Notes under the pieces: model-generated
Told to the model about the DNA's origin: nothing
Seen by the model: only the letters and a program-made list of their open reading frames with translations
Database searches by the model: none
Made by a program: the position numbers and the translations under genes
From: Flavobacteriales bacterium
GTDB lineage: Bacteria > Bacteroidota > Bacteroidia > Flavobacteriales_F > PHOS-HE28
Length of the DNA: 64,000 nt
Direction: 5' to 3'
Assembly (NCBI GenBank): GCA_044507815.1
Contig: JBIQIX010000004.1
Coordinates: 195,288 to 259,287 of the forward strand
Shown: piece after piece, positions 36,923 to 45,544 of the stretch
How the letters are laid out: each line of letters begins with the position of its first letter
Position numbering within the stretch: position 1 is the first letter of the stretch

Positions 36923-37411
36923 TCAGTACGCCCCGCCTTTGCGCAGGGCCGCCATTTTCAGTACTGCCACCGCGGCCTCCACGCCCTTGTTGCCATGCTT
37001 GCCGCCGCTGCGGGCGCGTGCCTGTTCCATGTTGTCATCGGTAAGCACGCAAAAGATCACCGGCATGCTGGTCTTCAGGCCCACTTCCATGATGCCGTGC
37101 GCTGCCGCCTGGCAAACGAAGTCGAAGTGCGGGGTTTCGCCGCGCACCACGCTCCCGATGCAGATCACGCCATCAAGCGCATGTTGCTCCAGCAGCATTT
37201 GGGCGCCCAGGGCCAGCTCGTAGCTGCCCGGTACCTGCCATTCACGCAGATCCTTCAGGGCCACACCGTGCTTCAACAGGGTTTCCACGGCGCCATCGCG
37301 CAGCGCGCCAGTGATCTCGGCGTTCCATTCGCTCACAACCAGTCCCAAACGCAAACCGGTGCCCTTGGGGACACCGGCTGCATCGTATTTCGAAAGATCC
37401 GTGGTGGCCAT
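36923..37411 (-). CDS. ribH: 6,7-dimethyl-8-ribityllumazine synthase
   Basis: Lumazine synthase motifs (LRLGLVVSEWNAEIT, SYELA, HFDFVC). The start ATG overlaps the TAA of the upstream TPR gene by 1 nt. Confidence 0.85.
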   Translation of the reverse strand: MATTDLSKYDAAGVPKGTGLRLGLVVSEWNAEITGALRDGAVETLLKHGVALKDLREWQVPGSYELALGAQMLLEQHALDGVICIGSVVRGETPHFDFVCQAAAHGIMEVGLKTSMPVIFCVLTDDNMEQARARSGGKHGNKGVEAAVAVLKMAALRKGGAY

Positions 37412-38100
37412 TACGAAGGCTGGCCGGCCATGGCCTTGGCACGTGCGGCGTATTTCTTGGCCATGGCCGCATCGGGCGCATTGGGGTAGTCGTTGGTGAT
37501 GCGCCCGAAGCAGTTCGCCGCATTCTTCCAATCGCCCTGTTGCTGGTAAACGATGCCGGCCTTCATCAGGAACATCGGCGTGGTGTAGTCGCTGTTCACC
37601 AGGTTGGCCGCCTTCATGAACTGGGTGGCCGCATCGGCCGGCCGGCCGAGTTCCACCAGCACGTCGCCCTGGTTGCCCGTGGCCATCACGCGCAGCACGT
37701 CATCGCCAAGGTCCGCCTCCTTGTAATACTGCAACGCAGCCTCGTGGTCCCCTTGCTGGTGCTTGATCACCGCGATGTAGAACTTGGCCAGGTTGCCCGT
37801 GGTGGTGCTGCCGTACTGGTCGGCCACATCCAGGAAGCCCAAGTAGTTGCCGTCGCCATTGAGCGCCTTGTCCAATGAATCGATCTCGAAATAATACTGG
37901 GCCTTCCAGATCATCTCCTGCGCCTCCTTGGCGCGCGGCTCGGCAACGAACTTGCGGTAGCCCAGCAGGCCCCCAACGATCACCAGCACTGCCACCACGC
38001 CGATGGTGATCGCCTTCTTGTTCTTTTCCAGAAAGAGCTCGCTCTTGGTGTAGATCTCACCAATGTCCAGGTCTTTCTGCTCACTTGTTTTGGTCGACAT
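37411..38100 (-). CDS. Membrane-anchored tetratricopeptide-repeat protein (YfgM-like architecture)
   Basis: N-terminal transmembrane anchor (ITIGVVAVLVIVGGLLGY) followed by TPR-like helical repeats. Immediately upstream of ribH on the same strand. Confidence 0.65.
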   Translation of the reverse strand: MSTKTSEQKDLDIGEIYTKSELFLEKNKKAITIGVVAVLVIVGGLLGYRKFVAEPRAKEAQEMIWKAQYYFEIDSLDKALNGDGNYLGFLDVADQYGSTTTGNLAKFYIAVIKHQQGDHEAALQYYKEADLGDDVLRVMATGNQGDVLVELGRPADAATQFMKAANLVNSDYTTPMFLMKAGIVYQQQGDWKNAANCFGRITNDYPNAPDAAMAKKYAARAKAMAGQPS

Positions 38101-38248
38101 GGTAGTGGCCGCCTATTTTTTATGGTGCGCAAAAGTATGCGTTGCGGCCAAACTCGGTATCGTATGGACGCGAGGCCGCGAAATACGCACAAATGGCAGT
38201 GCCGTGCAAGCACGCCCAAAGCGGGTGGGTTACCTTTGGGGCACCGCC

Positions 38249-39376
38249 ATGAACGTAGTGCTGGAACGGTTGTCCGTCCTTCAATTCCGCAACCACCGCC
38301 AAGCCACCCTGGAGCTGGGGCCGCAGGTGAATTGCATCACCGGGCCCAACGGCACGGGCAAGACCAACCTGCTCGATGCCATCCACTACCTGTGCATGTG
38401 CAAAAGCTATTTCGAGGCCCAGGACATGCACAACGTGCTGCACGGCGCGGACTGGTTCGTGGTGAAGGGCACCATGCGCACCACCGATGGCCCTGACGAA
38501 CTTTCGTGTGCAGTGCGGAAGGGGCAGCGCAAAGTATTCAAGCGCAACCACAAGGAATATGACCGCCTGGCCGATCATGTGGGCCGTTTTCCGGCCGTAA
38601 TGATCACCCCGTACGATAGCCAGCTGGTGCTGGACGGGAGCGAGGTGCGCCGCAGGTTCCTCGATGGGCTGATCGCACAGTTCGATCGCGTATACCTGGA
38701 CCACCTGATGCGCTACAACAGGGCCCTGGCCCAGCGCAACCTGCTGCTGAAGCAGGACCGGGCACCCGCGCAGCGCATGATGGTGGAGCCGTGGGACGAG
38801 CAGTTGGTGCTGCATGGGGAAGCGGTACACGAGGTGCGCACCCGGTTCATGGCCGAGGTGGCCCCATTGCTGGAGCAGCATTACCAAGGCATTTCGAGCG
38901 GTCCTGAACAAGTGGCCGTAGCGTACCATACCGGCGTGGCATCGGGCATGCGTGCCGTGCTCAATGCGCAATGGGAGCGCGACCTGGCCGCCCAACACAC
39001 CACGGGCGGCGTTCACAAGGACGACCTGCTGTTCACCATCAATGGCAGGGCCTTGAAAAAGTTCGGGAGCCAGGGGCAGCAGAAAACATTCCTGATCGCC
39101 TTGAAGCTGGCACAATTCGACCTGACCGCCCAGCGCAGCGGCATCAAGCCCATGCTCCTGCTCGACGACATCTTCGACAAGATCGACCCTCAGCGCATGC
39201 GGCATTTATTGCGCCTGCTGGGCGATGGCCGCTTCGGCCAGGTGATCATTACCGACACCGATGCCCAGCGTTTGCGGCACGCCTTGGAAGGCACCGGGCC
39301 GGACACGCGCTTTTTTGCGCTGCAACACCAGGCCGGGCAGGAACAAGCGGAATACCTTGCACCCCAGAACGCATGA
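38249..39376 (+). CDS. recF: DNA replication and repair protein RecF
   Basis: Walker A (GPNGTGKTNLLDAI), an SMC-type signature and a Walker B motif (LLLDDIFDKID). Confidence 0.85.
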   Translation: MNVVLERLSVLQFRNHRQATLELGPQVNCITGPNGTGKTNLLDAIHYLCMCKSYFEAQDMHNVLHGADWFVVKGTMRTTDGPDELSCAVRKGQRKVFKRNHKEYDRLADHVGRFPAVMITPYDSQLVLDGSEVRRRFLDGLIAQFDRVYLDHLMRYNRALAQRNLLLKQDRAPAQRMMVEPWDEQLVLHGEAVHEVRTRFMAEVAPLLEQHYQGISSGPEQVAVAYHTGVASGMRAVLNAQWERDLAAQHTTGGVHKDDLLFTINGRALKKFGSQGQQKTFLIALKLAQFDLTAQRSGIKPMLLLDDIFDKIDPQRMRHLLRLLGDGRFGQVIITDTDAQRLRHALEGTGPDTRFFALQHQAGQEQAEYLAPQNA

Positions 39377-39663
39377 AACGGAGCAACGAACTCACCCTAG
39401 GGCAGGCCATGGAGCAACTGGTAGAGGCCTATGGCCTGCGGGAGCGGTTGGATGAGCAGGCCGTGGCCAGCCTATGGGATGAACTGGCCGGTGGCATGAT
39501 CGCGCGCCGCACGGTGGCCGTTAAGCTGCGCAAGGGAAAGCTTTACATCAAGGTGGACAGTGCGCCCTTGCGCCATGAACTCGGTTTCATGCGCGATGGG
39601 CTGAAGAACACCATCAACCAGCGCATGGGCCGGGAGGTGGTGAAGGAGATCCATTTGGATTGA
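39373..39663 (+). CDS. DUF721-domain protein (recF-associated small protein)
   Basis: A 96-aa ORF whose ATG overlaps the recF stop as ATGA, in the conserved position after recF. Confidence 0.65.
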   Translation: MKRSNELTLGQAMEQLVEAYGLRERLDEQAVASLWDELAGGMIARRTVAVKLRKGKLYIKVDSAPLRHELGFMRDGLKNTINQRMGREVVKEIHLD

Positions 39664-39781
39664 GCAGGTGCGCCACGGGACCGGCCAAGAGGGCACCCCT
39701 TCAAAGGCGCCGCCATAATGCAATACAGGGGCGGCAACCCGGTGCCCGTGCGCCGTTGGGGGGCACACGGGCACCAGGCCA

Positions 39782-40201
39782 TCAATACTGCTCGCGCCCG
39801 CTGAAGAAGAACGAACCCTCGATGGCCGCGTTCTCGTCGCTATCGCTGCCATGCACGGCATTCTTCGCCTTGCTCTCAGCGAACTGCTTGCGAATGGTGC
39901 CCTCGGCCGCCTCGGCCGGGTCGGTGGCCCCGATCAAGGTGCGGAAATCGGTCACGGCATTCGCCTTTTCCAAGATCGCCGCCAATACGGGACCATTGGC
40001 CATGTAATCCACCAGTTCGCCGTAGAAGGGGCGTTCCTTGTGCACTTCGTAGAACTTACCGGCCTCTTCCTTGGAAAGACGGGTATATTTCAGGGCCACC
40101 AAACGGAAGCCTTTGGAAAGGATAAGGTCCAGGATCTTGCCCGCATGACCTGCGGCCATGGCCTCAGGCTTGATCATGGTGAACGTTCTGTTGCTTGCCA
40201 T
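39782..40201 (-). CDS. ndk: Nucleoside-diphosphate kinase
   Basis: FTMIKPEA…, the active-site NAVHGSDS motif, and a length of 139 aa. Confidence 0.85.
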   Translation of the reverse strand: MASNRTFTMIKPEAMAAGHAGKILDLILSKGFRLVALKYTRLSKEEAGKFYEVHKERPFYGELVDYMANGPVLAAILEKANAVTDFRTLIGATDPAEAAEGTIRKQFAESKAKNAVHGSDSDENAAIEGSFFFSGREQY

Positions 40202-40320
40202 CGTAGAAATGTTGAAAACGGCGGCAAAAGTAGTCCGAACGCCCGGTCCAGGACCACCACGGATGATGTTTTCTTCGTGCCACAAAGAACCCCTACCCCC
40301 GTCTTCCATCTACCCCGAAA

Positions 40321-41226
40321 ATGCACTCGAAGATCATACTGATAGGCGCGCTTGCGCTGCTGGTGGCCTGTGGCGGCGCGGACGCGCCTGAGGCCGCCAC
40401 CAAGGAACACCTGGTGATCGGTGGCGACGATGCCTCCGACCATGCGGGCAACTACTATCAAATGCCCACACCCAACGAGCTGTTCCAATTGGTGCGCACC
40501 ATGAGCAGCGACGGGCAAAAGCAGATGATGAGCCCTGCGCGCAACGTGGACCGCTATGCCACCACGGCGAAAAAGGCCTTGAACTTCGGTGTGTACGCCA
40601 CCGACCTGGTATACGCCAGCAATTATAAGATCACCAGCGAGGTGGTGCGCTACTACCTCACCTGCAAAAAGCTCGGGGAGCAACTGGGCCTGGCGGGTTC
40701 CTTCACCGATAAGGACTTCAGCCGCTTGGAGCGGAACCTTACCCGGGGGGATTCCCTTGATGTGATCAGCAACGACGCGTACGAGCGGGCCTACCGCCGC
40801 ATGCAGGATGATGACATGGGCCCTACGCTCGCGCTCGTATTGGCCGGTGGCTGGGTGGAAAGCATGCACCTGGTCACCCGGCAAGTGCTGCATGTGGATC
40901 CGCAGGATCCCTTGGTGCAGCGGGTGGCCGAGCAGAAAGTGAGCTTGGACCATCTGATGGAACTGATGGCCCAGTATTCCGGTTCGCCCCAGGTGGACAG
41001 TGTGCGCAACGAGCTGTCGAAGCTTCGCGACATCTATGACACCTTCCCTGTGGTACGCGGCGAACACCCCCAAAAATCCCCCAGCGGAAGGCAAATCCTC
41101 GGCGACGACATCACCATTGTGATCACCACGGACGGGTTCAACCAACTCACCAAACGGGTTGAGGCGTTGCGGGAAAGCATCATCCTTCCGGAAGACATCA
41201 TTTCATCTGCCCCAAACCTGAATTAG
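40321..41226 (+). CDS. Hypothetical lipoprotein
   Basis: Lipobox (ALLVACGG); no recognisable domain. First gene of a plus-strand run of five tightly spaced genes. Confidence 0.5.
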   Translation: MHSKIILIGALALLVACGGADAPEAATKEHLVIGGDDASDHAGNYYQMPTPNELFQLVRTMSSDGQKQMMSPARNVDRYATTAKKALNFGVYATDLVYASNYKITSEVVRYYLTCKKLGEQLGLAGSFTDKDFSRLERNLTRGDSLDVISNDAYERAYRRMQDDDMGPTLALVLAGGWVESMHLVTRQVLHVDPQDPLVQRVAEQKVSLDHLMELMAQYSGSPQVDSVRNELSKLRDIYDTFPVVRGEHPQKSPSGRQILGDDITIVITTDGFNQLTKRVEALRESIILPEDIISSAPNLN

Positions 41227-41229
41227 ACC

Positions 41230-41793
41230 ATGCCCCTGCGATCGATCTTGACCACCACCGTGGCGGCCCTCGCTCTTGGAGTGATGGCGCAAAGCGAGTG
41301 TTCTGAATTCTGGAAATCCGCACCACGTGCCACCGATGCCCGGTTCACCGTGAACGGGCAAAGCCGGGCCGCCAGTGTACAAGTGGGCGCACCGACCGAA
41401 CTGAACATCATCATCTACAAAGGCCAGGATTACCGCATCTCATTCGTGTGGGATGAAAAGATCCTTGGCGATGAGGTGGTGGCCCGCATCATTGAAAAAG
41501 TGCGGGGACCCAAAAAGAAAAGCAGTGCCCAGGGCATGGCCATGAAAGGCACGCAAGGCCAGGAAAAAGCCGAATACGAGGATGTGCGGAAAGTGATCTG
41601 GGACAACCAGGACCATGAAATGGCAAACTCGGTTGAATTCTCGGCCACCTCCACCAAGCGGATCGCCATTGAGGTGATCGCCCCGGGTGCACTGGAGAAC
41701 CCGAAGGACGTGAAAAAGGGCCGTGTGGCGCCGGACATTGGCTGCTTGGGTATTTTGATCGAGCACATGCCCACACCCACGATCGGTTTCTGA
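41230..41793 (+). CDS. Hypothetical secreted protein
   Basis: Signal peptide (MPLRSILTTTVAALALGVMAQ); starts 3 nt after the previous gene. No recognisable domain. Confidence 0.45.
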   Translation: MPLRSILTTTVAALALGVMAQSECSEFWKSAPRATDARFTVNGQSRAASVQVGAPTELNIIIYKGQDYRISFVWDEKILGDEVVARIIEKVRGPKKKSSAQGMAMKGTQGQEKAEYEDVRKVIWDNQDHEMANSVEFSATSTKRIAIEVIAPGALENPKDVKKGRVAPDIGCLGILIEHMPTPTIGF

Positions 41794-41818
41794 GCAGCGC
41801 CGATGCTGGGCGGTACTT

Positions 41819-42853
41819 TTGCCGCCCATGTCATTCTCTTCGCTACCTGAGCAGTCCGTGAAAGCCTTGGCCGCGTTGTTGCAAACGCCCAAGCGCATCG
41901 CCATCACCACACACTACAACCCTGACGGCGATGCCCTCGGCAGCTGCCTGGGACTGGCCCCTGTACTGGCGAAAATGGGCCATGCGGTAGAGGTGGTGCT
42001 GCCGAATCCCGCCCCCAACAACCTGCGTTGGATGCCGGGGCATGACGGAGTGGTGGACCACACGGTGCACAAGGAACAAAGCCTGGCCGCCATCGGCGAA
42101 GCGGAGGTGCTGTTCTGCCTGGATTTCAACAGGGCTGAACGGGTGAATGAGCTGGAACCGGTGCTGCGCTGGGCGCCACTGAAGGTAATGATCGACCACC
42201 ACCGCGGGCCCGATACCATCTTCAACATCATCTTCAGCGATGTGTCGGCCTCATCTACCTGCCAGCTCGTGTATGATGTGATCTGTGCGATCGGGCAGGA
42301 GCACCATATCGACGCGGCTGCGGCCACCTGCCTGTATGCCGGTATCATGACCGATTCCGGCTCGTTCCGCTTCCCCAGCACCAGCGCACATACGCATCGC
42401 GTAACAGCGGACCTTATCGACCGGGGTGCCAGGCCGGACCAGGTGTACCAGGCGATCATGGAGGACAACACCGTGGAAAGGCTGAAGCTGACAGGCTATG
42501 CACTTGGCCAAAAGCTCGAAGTGCTGGAGCAGGGCCAAGCAACGCTGATCGCTCTTTCGAAACGCGAATTGGAGCGCTTTCATTTTGTGCCCGGCGATAC
42601 CGAGGGCCTTGTGAACTTCGGCCTTACCGTACGGGGCGTGCGGCTGGCCGCCTTCCTGGTTGAGCGAGCCGATGGCATCAAGCTCAGCCTGCGCTCCAAG
42701 GGTACATTGCCGGTGAATGAGCTGTTGGCCCAGCATTTTGAGGGCGGTGGGCACGCCAACGCGGCCGGGGGACGCTGGGCCGGCAGCCTCGACGAAGCTG
42801 TGGCCATGCTCAAAAAGGTACTCCCCGGGTTCTTGGCCGCACACTCCGCATGA
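41819..42853 (+). CDS. nrnA: DHH-family phosphoesterase (NrnA-like oligoribonuclease / pAp phosphatase)
   Basis: DHH motifs (ITTHYNPDGDALGS, DHH in MIDHHRG) and the DHHA1 motif GGGHANAAGG. Confidence 0.75.
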   Translation: MPPMSFSSLPEQSVKALAALLQTPKRIAITTHYNPDGDALGSCLGLAPVLAKMGHAVEVVLPNPAPNNLRWMPGHDGVVDHTVHKEQSLAAIGEAEVLFCLDFNRAERVNELEPVLRWAPLKVMIDHHRGPDTIFNIIFSDVSASSTCQLVYDVICAIGQEHHIDAAAATCLYAGIMTDSGSFRFPSTSAHTHRVTADLIDRGARPDQVYQAIMEDNTVERLKLTGYALGQKLEVLEQGQATLIALSKRELERFHFVPGDTEGLVNFGLTVRGVRLAAFLVERADGIKLSLRSKGTLPVNELLAQHFEGGGHANAAGGRWAGSLDEAVAMLKKVLPGFLAAHSA

Positions 42854-43377
42854 ATCGCATCTTGGCATTGGTAATTCCTGTGGCTGTGGTGGCCTGCGGC
42901 GGAAATAACCCCGCACCGCCGGCCGTGGTGGGGCATCGTTCGGATGCACCCGACCAAACGCTGATCGAGCAAAACAAGCGGATGGCCCAGCGCGAAGAGG
43001 CGGACATACAAGACTGGCTCAAGCGGCAGGGTGGGGCCATGATCGCCACGGGCACCGGCCTGCGTTACAAGCTGCTGCGCGACGTGCCCGGCGACACGGC
43101 AAGGCCAGGCCAGGTGGCCGTGCTCACCTATACGGCACTGTTGCTTAACGGCGATACGGCGTATGCATCCGCCCCAGGGGAAACGGCCTCTTTCCGTATA
43201 GCGCACAGCGCGGTGGAAAGCGGCCTGCAGGAAGGCGTACAGCATTTGAGCGTGGGCGACAGCGCGGTGCTGGTGATACCCAGTGCCTTGGCATTCGGCC
43301 TGATCGGTGACCTGGACAAGATACCCATGCGCAGTACCGTGGTGTACCACATTGGCCTGGTGGGCCTGGAGGATTGA
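42850..43377 (+). CDS. FKBP-type peptidyl-prolyl cis-trans isomerase lipoprotein (GldI-like size and architecture)
   Basis: Lipobox (AVVACGG) plus an FKBP domain (VAVLTYTALLLNGDTAYAS…FRI…GLQEGVQHLSVGDSAVLVIPSALAFG). The ATG overlaps the nrnA stop as ATGA. Confidence 0.7.
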   Translation: MNRILALVIPVAVVACGGNNPAPPAVVGHRSDAPDQTLIEQNKRMAQREEADIQDWLKRQGGAMIATGTGLRYKLLRDVPGDTARPGQVAVLTYTALLLNGDTAYASAPGETASFRIAHSAVESGLQEGVQHLSVGDSAVLVIPSALAFGLIGDLDKIPMRSTVVYHIGLVGLED

Positions 43378-43401
43378 AGGGCAACGCATGGACAGGCTGC
43401 A

Positions 43402-44292
43402 TTGTGGAAAATGAAATACCGGACAGGTAACGGCACCGCTCCCTGGATTTCATGCCTGCTGTTCGCGGTATTGTTACTGGCCTGTGATCGGCCGCCCATG
43501 CCGGGGGCCAGCCGCATTGCGAAGGATACCTACTGGCGGCTGCACACCCTGGGCGAGGAGGAGTTGAAGCCAGCGCCGGAGGACAGTGTGCTGGTACGGG
43601 TCCGTATCGCAAGGCCGGGTGAAATGCCCGGTTCACTCTTCAGCACGGAACGCTGGTACGCGATGAAAGCCGCGGGCACGTCATTTTTTTTCGGAAGGCT
43701 GTGCCCCGGCGATAGCGCGTCGGTTTGGCTGCCGGCAACCGGGGTTCCTTGGCAGGCGCTTGGCGTTCCGCCGGAAATGGACACGGTGAATGCCGGTCCG
43801 GTACAGATGGAATTAGCGTTGCTGCAGGTCCGTACCCCTGCTGGATCGGCGCAGCTGATGCAGCAGGCCCTGATGGCCCGGAATGAAAGCGATGAGCAAC
43901 GCATCCTTTCATCCTTTTTCGGAAAGGATGAATGGCCATGGAAACAAGCCATGGGCATTTGGTACCGTTTGGAAGCGGATCCGGGCGGGCCGAAGGTGCA
44001 GAGCGGCGAAACCGTGACACTCATCTGGACGGCGCGGTTCCTGGATTCGGGCGTGATATTCGATGAGCAAACCGAAAAGGAGGGAGGCTTGACCTTCAGG
44101 CTGGGTGATCCCGGCCAGGTGATAATGGGCCTGGAGGCCGCGTGCCACTTGCTGCCCGCAAGGGGCGGGACGGGGGAATTCATCATTCCCAGTTCGCTGG
44201 CCTTTGGCCCCCGGGGTTCATCCTCGGGCATCGTTCCACCGTGGACGCCGGTCCTGTACCGGGTGCAGGTGCTGCCCCAGCGTGGGGCTTAG
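43402..44292 (+). CDS. Secreted protein with FKBP-type PPIase domains (tandem)
   Basis: N-terminal hydrophobic segment. The clearest FKBP-like block is at the C-terminus (VTLIWTARFLDSGVIFDEQ…FRLGDPGQVIMGLEAA…FIIPSSLAFGPRG); a second, N-terminal FKBP-like domain is weaker. Confidence 0.6.
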   Translation: MWKMKYRTGNGTAPWISCLLFAVLLLACDRPPMPGASRIAKDTYWRLHTLGEEELKPAPEDSVLVRVRIARPGEMPGSLFSTERWYAMKAAGTSFFFGRLCPGDSASVWLPATGVPWQALGVPPEMDTVNAGPVQMELALLQVRTPAGSAQLMQQALMARNESDEQRILSSFFGKDEWPWKQAMGIWYRLEADPGGPKVQSGETVTLIWTARFLDSGVIFDEQTEKEGGLTFRLGDPGQVIMGLEAACHLLPARGGTGEFIIPSSLAFGPRGSSSGIVPPWTPVLYRVQVLPQRGA

Positions 44293-44338
44293 CCTTGGCG
44301 CGGGGCCTGGCCGGCAAGCATCCGGCGCATCGGCGTGC

Positions 44339-45532
44339 TCAGTGCGTGTGCTCCCCGGTTCCCTTGGTCAACTCGCTTAGCAGGTAGTATGCGCCCTTGA
44401 TCACAATGCGTTCTTCCGGGCGAACGGGCGATAACGGCATGATCTCGGTATAGCCCAACGCGGTGGTGCCCACCCGCACGGGTGTCATCGCAAAGGTGAG
44501 CGGCTCCTTTTCCACGAAGATGTAATGCTCATCACCGTTGTTCACCACGGCATTTTCGGGTAGGCTCCAAGCGAAGGTGCTGTCGGTGGTGATCAACGCC
44601 TCGATGTACATGCCGGCCAGCAGGTCCTCGCTATGCCCGTCGATCTTGGCATGTGCCAGCACGGCCTGCTGGTCGCTTTGGAACGCCTTGTTCATGGCGT
44701 ATATGGTGGCGGAATGATGGCCGATCGATTCGCCGGCATGGCCGAAGACCACCTTTTGCCCCACCTTCACCTTGGCCACGTCCTGTTCGAAGATGTTGAG
44801 GTCGATGTGCAGGCCGCTGTTGTCCACGAGGGTGAACAGGGGCTTGTTGGGCTCTGCGTTCTGGCCCGTGTTCACGTTGATGGCCTGCACATTGCCCTCT
44901 ATCGGGGCCAGTACGCTGAAGGTGGGGCTGATCCGTTGCGGTGTTATGGTGGCCGGGTCAACCCCGAACAGGCGCAGTTTGGCGGCCATTGCCGATTGGC
45001 GCGCCTGCGCCATGGAAAGGTCGGCCTGTGCCCGTTCGAGCGTGCGCGTTGGGCTTATCCGTTCCTCGTGCAGGCCCTGCTGGCGCTTGAGGTCGGCATC
45101 CAGTGCCTGCAGGTTGGCACCGTTCTCGAGATAATCCTGTTGCAATTGCAGCAACTCCAGGCTTTCCAGCGAGGCCAATGCCTGCCCTTTCTGCACATGC
45201 TGGCCGTCGCGCACCTGTACCTGGCGCACGAGGCCGCCGAAGAGCACGCTCACCTCGGCGCTTTTGTCCGGTGGCAGTACCAAGCGTCCGTTCACGCGCA
45301 ACGATGAATTGAGGCCACGCTTTTCCATGGTGCCCGTGGTCAGCCCGATGGCGGCCACCTGGTCCGTGGTGAGCTTTACCTCGTCGGCATGCGCACCCTC
45401 GCTTTCCTGCCCGGCGTGGTCACCCGGGGCGGCCGGGGTGCTGCACGCGACAACGGCCAGGGCGAGCAAAAAAGGAAGCGTAGATCGCATGGGGTAGTAG
45501 GCTGAACGTGTTTTCATGAAAGGCTTGTTCAT
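44339..45532 (-). CDS. Efflux RND transporter periplasmic adaptor subunit (CzcB/CusB-like)
   Basis: Lipoprotein-type signal peptide, coiled-coil hairpin, and biotinyl/lipoyl-like plus beta-barrel domains typical of HlyD-family adaptors. Immediately downstream of the RND pump gene. Confidence 0.8.
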   Translation of the reverse strand: MNKPFMKTRSAYYPMRSTLPFLLALAVVACSTPAAPGDHAGQESEGAHADEVKLTTDQVAAIGLTTGTMEKRGLNSSLRVNGRLVLPPDKSAEVSVLFGGLVRQVQVRDGQHVQKGQALASLESLELLQLQQDYLENGANLQALDADLKRQQGLHEERISPTRTLERAQADLSMAQARQSAMAAKLRLFGVDPATITPQRISPTFSVLAPIEGNVQAINVNTGQNAEPNKPLFTLVDNSGLHIDLNIFEQDVAKVKVGQKVVFGHAGESIGHHSATIYAMNKAFQSDQQAVLAHAKIDGHSEDLLAGMYIEALITTDSTFAWSLPENAVVNNGDEHYIFVEKEPLTFAMTPVRVGTTALGYTEIMPLSPVRPEERIVIKGAYYLLSELTKGTGEHTH

Positions 45533-45544
45533 CGGTTGCGCGTT

